Shown: positions 47,092-57,890, counted from the stretch's first letter. The stretch is 64,000 bases of DNA from an uncultured Gemmatimonadaceae bacterium (GCA_964598655.1 CAZRCT010000012.1:101-64100); one strand, 5' to 3'. The notes: generated by a model not told the origin, from the letters alone. Numbers and translations: made by a program.

Positions 47092-47855
47092 GGGGCGGAC
47101 AGTGGAGCCGGCACACGGCGCTCGGCGTGGTGCTGGCGATGCTCGCGGGCCCGCTGGCGGCGCAGGGACGGGACACGCTCACGGTGTTCGCGGCGGCCGA
47201 CCTGGCGCACGTGCTCGAGACGCTGGGCCCGCGCTTCCAGCAGCAGACGGGAACGACGGTGGTCACCGTGGTGGGGGCCAGCGGCAACCTCGCTGCACAG
47301 ATCGAGCGCGGCGCGCCGGCCGACGTGTTCTTCTCCGCCAACACGGCGTTCGTGGACCGGCTGATCACCGCGGGCGTCCTGGTGCCGGGGACGCGGACGC
47401 TCTATGCGCGCGGCCGGCTGGCGCTGGCGTGGCCCCGGGCGGGGCGCGGGCTCGGCGGGCTCGCGGACCTGCTCCGGCCCGAGGTGAAGCGGGTGGCCAT
47501 CGCCAACCCGGAGACGGCGCCGTATGGCATGGCCGCAAAGCAGGCGCTCATCGCCCGGGGGATCTGGGACGCGCTCCGGCCAAAGCTCGTGATCGGGGAG
47601 AACGTGCGGCAGACGCTGCAGTACGCGCAGACGGGCGCCGTCGAGGCGGCCCTCGTGGCGCAGTCGGTGGTGGCCGTGCCGGAGGTGGCGTGGGTGCCGG
47701 TGGACGCGGCACTCCACGCGCCGATCGACCAGGCGGCGGCGGTGGTGGCACGGAGCGCGCACGGGCGGGCCGCGGCCGAGTTCATCGGGTTCGTGACGGG
47801 GGAGGGGTGGGCGGTGATGGAGCAGAACGGCTTCGCGCGGCCGGCGGCGCCCTGA
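47088..47855 (+). CDS. modA: molybdate ABC transporter substrate-binding protein
   Basis: In-frame part of ORF 46641..47855; GTG 47088 forms a GTGA overlap with the previous stop; signal peptide …[14 protein letters not shown]; …VFAAADL…[19 protein letters not shown](F)SAN…NPETAPYG…. Confidence 0.85.
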   Translation: MRGGQWSRHTALGVVLAMLAGPLAAQGRDTLTVFAAADLAHVLETLGPRFQQQTGTTVVTVVGASGNLAAQIERGAPADVFFSANTAFVDRLITAGVLVPGTRTLYARGRLALAWPRAGRGLGGLADLLRPEVKRVAIANPETAPYGMAAKQALIARGIWDALRPKLVIGENVRQTLQYAQTGAVEAALVAQSVVAVPEVAWVPVDAALHAPIDQAAAVVARSAHGRAAAEFIGFVTGEGWAVMEQNGFARPAAP

Positions 47856-48511
47856 TGTCGCCCGTGCTGCTGTCGCTCAAGGTGGCCGGGATGGCCACGC
47901 TGGTGACGCTCGTGACGGGGCTGCCCCTGGCGTGGCTGCTCGGCCGCACGCGCTTCCCGGGGCGGTCGCTGGTGGAGGCGCTGCTCATGCTGCCGCTGGT
48001 ACTGCCGCCCACGGTGCTCGGCTACTACCTGCTGGTGCTGGTGAGCCGGACGGGGCCGGTGGGGGCGCTGCTCGAGGGGTGGGGGATCGAGCTGGCGTTC
48101 ACCTGGCGCGGGGCGGTGCTGGCGGCGTGGGCGGGGTCATTTGCGATGTTCACGCGCGCGGCACAGGCGGGGTTCGAGCTGGTGGACTCGCGGGTGGAGC
48201 AGGCGGCGCGCACCCTCGGGCGCGGGGAGTGGAGCGTGTTCTGGACGGTGACGCTGCCGCTCGCCTGGCGCGGGGTGCTCGCGGGGACCATGCTGGCCTT
48301 CTGTCGCGCCGTCGGCGAGTTCGGGATCACGCTGATGGTGGCGGGGAACATCCCAGGGCGGACGCAGACCATCCCGCTCGCCATCTACGACCACGTGCAG
48401 GCCAATCACCTGGAGCAGGCCAACCAGCTGGCGCTCCTCACCATGATCGGGGTGGCGCTGGTGCTGCTCATGACGGGCTGGCTGCTGCGGCCGCGGGAGG
48501 TGGCGGCGTGA
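47855..48511 (+). CDS. modB: molybdate ABC transporter permease
   Basis: ATG 47855 overlaps modA TGA; permease EAA loop …[24 protein letters not shown]…. Confidence 0.9.
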   Translation: MSPVLLSLKVAGMATLVTLVTGLPLAWLLGRTRFPGRSLVEALLMLPLVLPPTVLGYYLLVLVSRTGPVGALLEGWGIELAFTWRGAVLAAWAGSFAMFTRAAQAGFELVDSRVEQAARTLGRGEWSVFWTVTLPLAWRGVLAGTMLAFCRAVGEFGITLMVAGNIPGRTQTIPLAIYDHVQANHLEQANQLALLTMIGVALVLLMTGWLLRPREVAA

Positions 48512-49704
48512 TCCTCGGCGTCGAGCTCTTCAAGCGGCTGCCCGGCTTCACGCTGGACGTGAAGTGGGGAGCCCACGAGGGCGTGGTGGCGCTGTTCGGG
48601 CCGTCGGGGGCGGGGAAGTCGCTCACCCTGCAATGCCTGGCGGGGCTGGTGCGGCCGGACGGCGGCCTGGTGTCGGTGCGCGGACGGGTGATCTACGATG
48701 CCACGCACGGCATCAACCACCGGACGCGCGACCGCCGCCTCGGCATGGTGTTCCAGGGCTACGCGCTCTTCCCGCACCTGTCGGTGGCGGAGAACATCGC
48801 GTACGGGCTCAGCCGGTGGCCGTCGAAGACGCGGAAGGCGCGGGTGGAGGAGATGCTGGAGCGGCTGGGCCTCACGGGCGTGCGGGGGCTCCGCCCGGCG
48901 GTGCTCTCGGGCGGGCAGCAGCAGCGGGTGGCGCTGGGCCGCGCGCTGGCGGTGGATCCCGACCTCCTGCTCCTCGACGAGCCGCTCGCGGCGCTCGACA
49001 GCCCGCTCCGCCGGGCGCTCCGCGACGACCTGGCGGTGGCGCTCCGCGGCTTCGGCAAGACGGCGGTGGTGGTGACGCACGACCTGGCCGAGGCCTGCCA
49101 GCTTGCCGACCAGATCGTGGTGTACGACAACGGCCGGGTGCTGCAGCAGGGCGCCAAGGGCGAGGTGCTGGCGCGCCCCGCCACCCCCGCCGTGGCGAGC
49201 GTCCTCGGCATCCGCAACATCCTCGAGGGCGAGGTGCTGGAGAGCACGCCGGAATTCATCCGGCTCCTGTGGCGCGGGCACGAACTGCAGGCGGCCAACT
49301 GGCCGGAGCGGCCCGACCTGCCGGCGCCGGGAACCCGGGTGGGGTTCTTCGTGCACCCGGAGCACGTGCGCCTGATGCGGAAGGACCGGCACGAGCACGC
49401 GGGGGCGCGGCGCGTCAACCGGGTGGACGGCCGCATCGTGGGCGAAACCGATCTCGGCGCGTCGGTGGCGCTGCACTTCCGCGCGGAGGGCAGCGGCGAG
49501 CCGCCGGCGCGCGGCTACGACCTCGAGATCGAACTCTCCCGCCTGGTGCACGAGAAGCTGTGCGTGCACTACGACCGGCAGTGGACGGTCACCGTGCAGC
49601 CGAGTGCGGTGCAGCTCCTCGGCCTCCCGCGTCCGCCCGCGCCGGCGCCGGGGCGGCGCTCCGGTCCCGTCGAGGCGCGAGCGGCGCTCGGCGCGTACTC
49701 GTAG
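48508..49704 (+). CDS. modC: molybdate ABC transporter ATP-binding protein with C-terminal TOBE-like region
   Basis: GTG 48508 in GTGA overlap with modB stop; Walker A GPSGAGKS, signature [15 protein letters not shown], Walker B LLLLDEP. Confidence 0.85.
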   Translation: MILGVELFKRLPGFTLDVKWGAHEGVVALFGPSGAGKSLTLQCLAGLVRPDGGLVSVRGRVIYDATHGINHRTRDRRLGMVFQGYALFPHLSVAENIAYGLSRWPSKTRKARVEEMLERLGLTGVRGLRPAVLSGGQQQRVALGRALAVDPDLLLLDEPLAALDSPLRRALRDDLAVALRGFGKTAVVVTHDLAEACQLADQIVVYDNGRVLQQGAKGEVLARPATPAVASVLGIRNILEGEVLESTPEFIRLLWRGHELQAANWPERPDLPAPGTRVGFFVHPEHVRLMRKDRHEHAGARRVNRVDGRIVGETDLGASVALHFRAEGSGEPPARGYDLEIELSRLVHEKLCVHYDRQWTVTVQPSAVQLLGLPRPPAPAPGRRSGPVEARAALGAYS

Positions 49705-49863
49705 CGCCGCGTGTGGGGGTGCGGTGCATCCCTGCCTCGAGTCCCGCCAGCGGCCCGCGTCGGCATCGACGTGGGCGGTGCCAGTTCCCCACCCGGCAAC
49801 GCCTTCCCGAAAGCCAGCCGCCCGGCTAATCTCCCCGCCCTCACCCCCAGTCGTGGAGCCCCG

Positions 49864-51492
<1,629 letters not shown>

Positions 51493-51524
51493 GGCGGCGT
51501 TGCTGGGGCCGCCGGCTGGTGCGG

Positions 51525-51714
51525 CTAACCACAGAGGCACAGAGGGCACAGAGGTCGCGGAGGGATCGAGCCCGGGTTGGCGCGTTGCCAAGCCGGGCTC
51601 GGTAATTTTGTGGTGGGGGCTCGCAACGGGCGGGGGCGTCGGCGGGCCCGGACGAACACCAACATCAACCGCAGTGCTCTGTGCCCTCCGTGTCCTGTGT
51701 GCCTCTGTGGTTAG
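51525..51714 (+). repeat. MITE-like palindromic repeat, copy C (190 bp)
   Basis: Perfect 13-nt termini CTAACCACAGAGG … CCTCTGTGGTTAG; internal hairpin 51568-51600. Confidence 0.85.
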
Positions 51715-51753
51715 TCACACCAGAATCCCGCCGGGCCACCGCCCCCAGCCACC

Positions 51754-53082
51754 CTAGAAGACCTCCCGCCCGTCCCGCTTGTAGACGACGCCGTTCTTCA
51801 TCACGAAATCCACGCGTTCCATGCGGGTGATGTCCTGGAGCGGGTCGCCCTCGATGGCGATGAGGTCGGCGAAGCGGCCCTCGGCGATGCTCCCCACATT
51901 GGCGGTCTGGTCGAGCAGGCGGGCGGCGACGCTGGTGGCGCTCTTGAGGACCTGCATCGGCGGCATGCCGTAGCGCACCATGTAGCTCATCTCGCGCGCC
52001 TGCGGCTCGGTCCAGGCGTAGCCGCCCGCGTCGGTGCCGTAGCTGATGTACGGCGATGCGCCGCGGCGCACCGCCTCGCCGAAGGCCACGCGCATGTACT
52101 CCACCATCCGCGGCCAGATGCCGCCGCGGCCCTCGGCCACGTAGGCGCCGACGAAGATGGTGGGGCACCAGTACACCTTCTGGCGCACCATGCGGTCGAT
52201 AAGGTCGGGGGTGAGGCCGTCGGCGTGCTCGATGGTGTTGAAGCCGGCGCGGAGCGCGGCGTCAATGCCGTCCCAGCCGATGGCGTGGCCGGCGATCTTC
52301 TTGCCGAGGCGGTGGGTCTCGTCGGCGAAGGCCTTGAGTTCCTCGTCGGTGTAGTTCACCCAGCTGTGGAGCTTTCCGTCCTCGCCGGCGTAGTAGCGGC
52401 GGTCCACGTACACCTTGATCCAGTCGGCGCCGTACTTCACCTGCTCGCGCACGGCGCGGCGGATGTTGTCGACACCGTCCACGATCTGGACGCCGTCCGG
52501 GACCTTGAGCTCCCAGGAGTAGCCGGAGAGCGGGTACATGCCGGTGGCGCTGAAGGCGCGGGTGGAGACGAACAGCCGGGGGCCGGGAATGACGCCGCGG
52601 TTGATGGCCGTCTTCACGTCCACGTCGGCGTACATGGCGCCCTCGGTCTCGACGTCCCGCAAGGTGGTGAAGCCGTTCAGCAGGGCGATGCGGGCGGCGG
52701 CGGTGGCGCGGATGGTCCGGTAGGGGATCGATTCCTTGAGCAGCTGGTCGTCGTAGTCCGCGGCGGTGATGTCGCCCTGGAGCAGGAGGTGGGTGTGGGC
52801 ATCGATGAGGCCGGGCAGCACGGTGCGGTCGCCGAGGTCGATGACCGTGGCGTCGCCGGCGGCGGCGCGGACCTGGGCCCACGGGCCCACCTTCACGATG
52901 CGGCCGTTCTCCACCAGGATCCCCTGGTCGCCGCGCACCTGGTCGCCCTCGCCGTCGATGAGGCGGCCGGCGTGGATCACGCTCCTCGGCCCCACCGGGG
53001 CCTGCTGCGCGGCGAGGCCCGCGAGGGGCAGCACGAGGGCGACAAGGGCGGCGAGGTGGCGACAGGCGGCGGGGCGTGACAT
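51754..53082 (-). CDS. amidohydrolase family metal-dependent hydrolase (secreted)
   Basis: Signal peptide; …LPGLIDAHTHLL… HxH motif; …GHAIG…, …YGTDAG… typical of the amidohydrolase superfamily. Confidence 0.85.
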   Translation of the reverse strand: MSRPAACRHLAALVALVLPLAGLAAQQAPVGPRSVIHAGRLIDGEGDQVRGDQGILVENGRIVKVGPWAQVRAAAGDATVIDLGDRTVLPGLIDAHTHLLLQGDITAADYDDQLLKESIPYRTIRATAAARIALLNGFTTLRDVETEGAMYADVDVKTAINRGVIPGPRLFVSTRAFSATGMYPLSGYSWELKVPDGVQIVDGVDNIRRAVREQVKYGADWIKVYVDRRYYAGEDGKLHSWVNYTDEELKAFADETHRLGKKIAGHAIGWDGIDAALRAGFNTIEHADGLTPDLIDRMVRQKVYWCPTIFVGAYVAEGRGGIWPRMVEYMRVAFGEAVRRGASPYISYGTDAGGYAWTEPQAREMSYMVRYGMPPMQVLKSATSVAARLLDQTANVGSIAEGRFADLIAIEGDPLQDITRMERVDFVMKNGVVYKRDGREVF

Positions 53083-53083
53083 T

Positions 53084-53311
53084 ATGGCGGAGCCTCAGCA
53101 GGACAGATGGAAGGAGGGAGACCCGGTGAGCCGGATCCGCAGGAGCATGGCGGGTGATTTGCCGATTGTGGTGCCCGCGCGCAAGGGGCTCCGGCGCCTC
53201 ACGCCCTCCCCGTCGGCGGCCCCCGACTGGGGCTGGCTGGCATGGCTGGCCATCGCCGTGGGGGCGGCGGGGTTGCTGGCCTGGTGGCTCGCGACGGTGC
53301 ATCGCGGATGA
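53084..53311 (+). CDS. possible small membrane protein (75 aa)
   Basis: In-frame 3' part of ORF 52766..53311; high GC3; C-terminal TM WGWLAWLAIAVGAAGLLAWWLA; ATGA overlap with next gene. Weakness: its ATG is 1 nt from the divergent amidohydrolase start. Confidence 0.4.
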   Translation: MAEPQQDRWKEGDPVSRIRRSMAGDLPIVVPARKGLRRLTPSPSAAPDWGWLAWLAIAVGAAGLLAWWLATVHRG

Positions 53312-54078
53312 GCCGGGTCCTGCTCCTGGTGGCGTGCCTCGCCGCGCCCCTCGGCGCGCAGGCCGGTCCCGCCTACCAGCGGCTGCAGCTGGACGGCGCG
53401 CGCTACCGCCAGGAGGTGCGGTCCGTCATCTCGCTCGAGGGCGGCCGGATGCGCTCGCGGGAAACGGGGCTCCGCGCGGGGACCATGACCCTCGCGGCGA
53501 CGGCCCGGGACTCCCTGATCGCCGTCGAGGCATGGTTCGACTCCCTCGTGGCGTGGCGCGAGGGGAACGGCGAGCACATCGCCCCCGAGACCGATGGCGT
53601 GATCGGCGGACGTTTCCATGGGCTGCTCACGCCGTCCGGCGGCTTCACTCTCACCGACGCGCCCTGGGTCCCGGACGACCTGGCCGAGATCACCGAACTC
53701 ACCGGGGCGCTGGGCGACCTCTTCCCGCCGCTACCCGGCCGGCGGCTCGCGCCCGGCGAGAGCTGGCGCGACGGCTTCGGCGCCGCCTTCCTGCGGATCC
53801 CCGACGAGACGGTGCGCGGCCGGCGGGTGGAGCGCTACCGGCTGGTGCGCACGGCCGAGCGCGACGAGGTGCGGCTGCTGCCGGACTCCACCGAGGTGCG
53901 CGCGCACCGCGTGGAGCGGGAGAGCGGGGTGTTCAGCTGGTCGGCGGAGCTGGGGCTGGTGCGGTGGGAGCGGGACGTCACGGTGGAGGTGACGGTGCCG
54001 CAGGGCGGGGTGGTCCGGGAGCCGTTCCGGACGCGGATCGAGCAGGGGGTGGTGGTGGAGCGGGTGGCGGGGCGGTAG
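53308..54078 (+). CDS. hypothetical secreted protein
   Basis: ORF 53242..54078, start at MSRVLLLVACLAAPLGAQA (ATG 53308); no family motif recognised. Confidence 0.55.
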   Translation: MSRVLLLVACLAAPLGAQAGPAYQRLQLDGARYRQEVRSVISLEGGRMRSRETGLRAGTMTLAATARDSLIAVEAWFDSLVAWREGNGEHIAPETDGVIGGRFHGLLTPSGGFTLTDAPWVPDDLAEITELTGALGDLFPPLPGRRLAPGESWRDGFGAAFLRIPDETVRGRRVERYRLVRTAERDEVRLLPDSTEVRAHRVERESGVFSWSAELGLVRWERDVTVEVTVPQGGVVREPFRTRIEQGVVVERVAGR

Positions 54079-54098
54079 CCCGGCGGGGGTGGCGGGGA

Positions 54099-54128
54099 GC
54101 GAGGCGCGGCCCGGGGGCCGCGCCTCGC
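54099..54128. terminator. bidirectional terminator-like hairpin
   Basis: GCGAGGCGCGGCC-cggg-GGCCGCGCCTCGC, 13-bp stem, followed on + strand by GTTGTTGTC. Confidence 0.6.
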
Positions 54129-54135
54129 GTTGTTG

Positions 54136-55542
54136 TCAGGCGGGGGCCTGGCGATAGACGTAGTCGAGCGGCGCGGTGGTCTCGCCGAGGGCGAGGGTGA
54201 TGAGGTCGTGCCGGGGGGAGAGCGAGCAGACGGGGTCCGTGCTCCGCGCGTCCCCGGTCAGGGCAAAGGCCTGGCAGCGGCAGCCGCCGAAGTCCTGGCC
54301 CTTCCGGGGGCAGCTGCGGCAGGGCTCCTGCATCCAGTCGTCGCCGCGGAAGGCGTTGAAGATCGGGGACTCGCGCCAGATCCAGGCGAGGTCGTGCTCG
54401 CGGACGTTCACGAGCTCAAGGTCGGTGATCTGCGTGGCGCCGTGGCAGGGCAGCGCCTTGCCGTCGGGCGTCACCAGCACGTAGACGTTGCCCCAGCCGC
54501 CGTAGCAGGGCTTGGGGTACGGCTCGTAATAGTCCGGCAGCACGTAGATGACCTGCATCCGCCCGCGGTGCCGCGCGATGGCCGCCTCCGCCACGGCGCG
54601 GGAGCGCTCGACCTGCTCGCGCGTGGGCATGAGCATGGCGCGGTTCTTCAGGGCCCAGCCGTAGTACTGGGTGTTGGCCAGCTCCACGCGGTCGGCGCCG
54701 AGGCCGGCCGCGTAGTCGATGATCTCGCCCAGGCGGTCCAGGTTGCCACGGTGCAGCACCACGTTCACCGAGAAGGCCAGCCCGAGCGACTTGACCAGCG
54801 CCGCCGCCTCCTGCTTCTGCCGGCCGAGCTTGATGCCGGCGATCCGGTCGGCGCTGGCGGCGTCGGTGTCCTGGAAGCTGATCTGCACGTGGTCGATGCC
54901 CGCCTGCTGCAGCGCCTCCGCCCGCTTCGGGGTCAGGCCGAGCGCCGAGGTGACGAGCGTGGAGTAGAGCCCCACCGCCCGCGCGTGGGCGACGAGCTCC
55001 TCGAGGTCCTTCCGCACCAGCGGCTCCCCGCCCGACAGGCCGAGCTGCAGCACGCCCAGGTCACGCGCCTGGGTGAAGACGCGCTTCCAGTCCTCGGTGG
55101 AGAGCTCCTGCTCCGCCCGCGTCATCTGGAGGGGGTTGGAGCAGTAGGGGCAGTGGAGCGGGCAGCGGTAGGTCAGCTCGCAGAGGAGGGTGGTGGGGAG
55201 GTGCGGCGGCAGCGCGGGGCGGCCCGGGAGCGGCGACGGCTCGGCCACCGCGAGCGGGCGCGGCGCCGGGGCGTCGAGCCACTGGATGAGGTCCCGCCGC
55301 GCCATGGTCTCGAGGTACTCGAGCACGTCGGGGCGCACCTCCGCCTGGTACTGCGTGGTGAGCGCGGCCACCACCTCGTCGAGGGTGCGGCTCCCGTCGC
55401 AGAGCGCCAGGATGGCCTGGCCGGTGGTGTTGATGAACATGGCGCCCTCCGGGTACAGGAGGACGGGGCGGTTCCGCACGCGGTCGTGCCCGAGCCGCGC
55501 GAGCGGCCAGAGGCGGGGGTAGCGGGCGCTCGGGGCCGGCAT
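54136..55542 (-). CDS. pqqE: PqqD-PqqE fusion: peptide-chaperone domain + radical SAM/SPASM PQQ biosynthesis enzyme
   Basis: N-terminal ~90 aa PqqD-like (…VLLYPEGAMFINTTGQAILALCDGSRTLDEVVAAL…); then CxxxCxxC radical SAM motif (CPLHCPYCSNP) and C-terminal SPASM cysteines (…CRSCPRKGQDFGGCRCQAF…). Confidence 0.9.
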   Translation of the reverse strand: MPAPSARYPRLWPLARLGHDRVRNRPVLLYPEGAMFINTTGQAILALCDGSRTLDEVVAALTTQYQAEVRPDVLEYLETMARRDLIQWLDAPAPRPLAVAEPSPLPGRPALPPHLPTTLLCELTYRCPLHCPYCSNPLQMTRAEQELSTEDWKRVFTQARDLGVLQLGLSGGEPLVRKDLEELVAHARAVGLYSTLVTSALGLTPKRAEALQQAGIDHVQISFQDTDAASADRIAGIKLGRQKQEAAALVKSLGLAFSVNVVLHRGNLDRLGEIIDYAAGLGADRVELANTQYYGWALKNRAMLMPTREQVERSRAVAEAAIARHRGRMQVIYVLPDYYEPYPKPCYGGWGNVYVLVTPDGKALPCHGATQITDLELVNVREHDLAWIWRESPIFNAFRGDDWMQEPCRSCPRKGQDFGGCRCQAFALTGDARSTDPVCSLSPRHDLITLALGETTAPLDYVYRQAPA

Positions 55543-55549
55543 GGCGCGG

Positions 55550-56302
55550 CTACTCCTCGCGGTACGCGTTGTGGATGGTGTCGATCAGCGACCAGAGCAT
55601 CTCGATCTTGAACGTCAGCGCCTCGAACGCCTGCCGCTGCGTGTCCACGGTGGTGCAGTGCTGCTTCACGATGCGCAGCCCGTGCTGCACGTCCCGCGGC
55701 GCCTGCACCAGGCGGCTGCGGAAGTAGGCGAGGCCGTCCTCGGGGATCCACGGGTAGTGCCGGGGGAACGCCTCGATCCGCTGCGCGTGGATCTTCGGCG
55801 CAAAGAGCTCCGTGAGGCTCGAGGCGCACGCCTGCACCCACGGCTTCGACTTGCAGAACCAGACGTACGACTCGCAGATGGTGCGGACCGTGGGGAGCAC
55901 GTGCCGCTCGTCCTCCATTTCCTCCCGCGGCACCCCGAGCGCGATGCCGAGCCGGATCCAGAGCTCGATGCCGCCCTCGCCGGGCCGGGTGCCGTCGTGG
56001 TCCACGATGCGCTGGAGCCACTCGCGGCGCACGTCGGGATCGGGGCAGTTGGAGAGGATGGCGCCGTCCTTCCGCGGCACCACGCGCTGGTAGGCCAGGC
56101 GGTTGGCCACCCAGCCCTGGAACTGGCGCCGCGTCAGGCGGCCCTCGTACATCAGCCGGTGGAAGGGATGCTCCACGTAGTACGAGCTGTGGAAGCCGCG
56201 GAGCGCCGCCTCGAGCTCGTCCGGCGCGAGGGGCCGGGTGAGCGCCGGGATGGGCGGCTTGGGCGGTGTCGCCAGCGGGGAGGCGGCGAGGGACGCGGTC
56301 AT
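55550..56302 (-). CDS. pqqC: pyrroloquinoline-quinone synthase
   Basis: 250 aa; …YYVEHPFHRLMYEGRLTRRQFQGWVANR…YFRSRL… conserved PqqC pattern. Confidence 0.9.
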   Translation of the reverse strand: MTASLAASPLATPPKPPIPALTRPLAPDELEAALRGFHSSYYVEHPFHRLMYEGRLTRRQFQGWVANRLAYQRVVPRKDGAILSNCPDPDVRREWLQRIVDHDGTRPGEGGIELWIRLGIALGVPREEMEDERHVLPTVRTICESYVWFCKSKPWVQACASSLTELFAPKIHAQRIEAFPRHYPWIPEDGLAYFRSRLVQAPRDVQHGLRIVKQHCTTVDTQRQAFEALTFKIEMLWSLIDTIHNAYREE

Positions 56303-56324
56303 CGGGGCGGCGCTCCGCGCGGGG

Positions 56325-56756
56325 TCAGGGCCAGCGCGCGAGCATCTGCTGCAGCTCGTCGCGGTGATGGGTCTCGTCGGCGATGATGTCGTCGAGCTGG
56401 ACGCCGAGCCCGTACTCGCCCGCGGCCTCGGCCTGCTGGCGGCGCTTGAGGTAGCGCTGCAGCGTGTCGATCTCCGCCTGGAGGGCGGTCTGCAGCATCT
56501 CCTTGGCGTCGCGGGTGACCTTCACCGGCGCCGGCGTGGTGGCGGGCTCGGCGCCGAGGGCCGCCAGCTTGTCGCAGAGGATCTGCGCGTGGGTCAGCTC
56601 CTCGGGAATCTCCGCCGCGAAGAACGCGCGCAATTCCTGCCGGTAGGGACCCTGCACCAGGCTGGCGTAGAGCCGGTACATGATCACCGCCTGGAACTCG
56701 CCGCGAAGGTCCTCGTTCAATCCGTCGATCAGCGCCTGCTTGGCCGCATCTGTCAT
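56325..56756 (-). CDS. ferritin-like di-iron-carboxylate domain protein embedded in the pqq operon
   Basis: 143 aa four-helix pattern with two E…ExxH pairs (…EFQAVIMY…PEELTHAQ… and …QAEIDTL…ADETHHRDEL…). Confidence 0.7.
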   Translation of the reverse strand: MTDAAKQALIDGLNEDLRGEFQAVIMYRLYASLVQGPYRQELRAFFAAEIPEELTHAQILCDKLAALGAEPATTPAPVKVTRDAKEMLQTALQAEIDTLQRYLKRRQQAEAAGEYGLGVQLDDIIADETHHRDELQQMLARWP

Positions 56757-56773
56757 GGGTCAGTCTCGTGGGG

Positions 56774-57682
56774 TTAGATCTCGAAACGCATGCCGTCATG
56801 GCCCACCGTGATCCCGGCCGCGTCCACCTGCCGGCGCTCGGGGGAGTCCTCGAGCAGGATGGGGTTGGAGTTGTTGATGTGGGTATACACCCGAACCGGG
56901 CCGGTGAGCCCCGTGAGCTGGTCCAGGCTGCCGCCCGGCCCGGCGATGGGCAGGTGGTCCATCTGGCGGGCGGTGCGCTCGGCGAGGCCGAGGCGGATCA
57001 TCTCGTCATCGGCCCAGAAGGTGCCGTCGAAGCAGAGCAGGCTGGCGTGACCCAGGGTGGCCAGGAGCGGCGCGGTCAGCTCGCCGCAGCCCGGGACGAA
57101 GGCCAGGCTGCCGCCGGTGGCGCGATCCCGGACCCAGAGGCCCACCGTGTGGCCCGGCAGGTGGCGCCGGGCGAAGCGGGGCGGGTCGCCGGCCACGACG
57201 AAGGCGCTCACGGTGAGGCCGGAGTCGGCGCCGTCGCGATAGCGGAGCGGCACCGACTCGCCGAGGGGCAGCGGGAAGACGGCCACGCCGGCGAAGGCCT
57301 GCGTCACCGGGAGCACGCGGCTGTCCTCGGTGAGCACGGCCAGCGCGGCGTCGGTGGCGTAGAGCTGGAGCTGGCGGGCCTCCCGCAGGAGCGCGAGGCC
57401 GAGCGTGTGGTCCAGCTCGGCATCGGTGAGCACGATGCCCTCGATGGGGACATGGCGCATGCCGGCGGGGGCGTGGCCGTCGAGGCGGGCCACCTGCTCC
57501 CGCACGTCGGGGGAGGCATTGAGCAGGAACCAGCGGCGACCGTCGGCGGAGACCGCCGCCGAGGACTGGGTGCGCGGGCGGGCGCGGGCTGGGTCGCTCC
57601 GGGCCACGCGGCAGGACGGGCACCAGCAGTTCCACTGGGGGAAGCCCCCGCCGGCCGCGGTCCCGAGGAGGATCAGGTGCAT
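56774..57682 (-). CDS. pqqB: PQQ biosynthesis protein B (metallo-beta-lactamase fold)
   Basis: ORF 56774..57706, start at MHLILLGTAAGGGFPQWNC (ATG 57682); conserved N-terminal GGG(F/Y)PQWNC…C motif. Confidence 0.9.
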   Translation of the reverse strand: MHLILLGTAAGGGFPQWNCWCPSCRVARSDPARARPRTQSSAAVSADGRRWFLLNASPDVREQVARLDGHAPAGMRHVPIEGIVLTDAELDHTLGLALLREARQLQLYATDAALAVLTEDSRVLPVTQAFAGVAVFPLPLGESVPLRYRDGADSGLTVSAFVVAGDPPRFARRHLPGHTVGLWVRDRATGGSLAFVPGCGELTAPLLATLGHASLLCFDGTFWADDEMIRLGLAERTARQMDHLPIAGPGGSLDQLTGLTGPVRVYTHINNSNPILLEDSPERRQVDAAGITVGHDGMRFEI

Positions 57683-57688
57683 GGCAAG

Positions 57689-57724
57689 AAAAAACGGGGC
57701 CCGCAAGCGGCTGCGGGCCCCGTT
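57689..57724 (-). terminator. intrinsic terminator/attenuator between pqqA and pqqB
   Basis: Minus-strand RNA AACGGGGCCCGC-agccgcuu-GCGGGCCCCGUU followed by UUUUCUUGCC and then the pqqB AUG. Confidence 0.65.
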
Positions 57725-57739
57725 GCCGTCCGTCGGCCC

Positions 57740-57814
57740 TTAGAGGGTGGCGACGTAGGCAGTCACTTCCATCGTCACCGCGACGATCTCGGCTTCGGGC
57801 TTGGTCCAGGTCAT
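57740..57814 (-). CDS. pqqA: PQQ precursor peptide
   Basis: 24 aa MTWTKPEAEIVAVTMEVTAYVATL with the invariant E-x3-Y (EVTAY); GGAG 8 nt upstream; last 25 codons of spurious ORF 57740..58030. Confidence 0.8.
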   Translation of the reverse strand: MTWTKPEAEIVAVTMEVTAYVATL

Positions 57815-57890
57815 GGCAATCTCCACGGCAAGAGAGGATAGGAAGCTGCGGCTGCCGGGACAGAGGGGCGTCCCGACGACGCCTCCTGTA

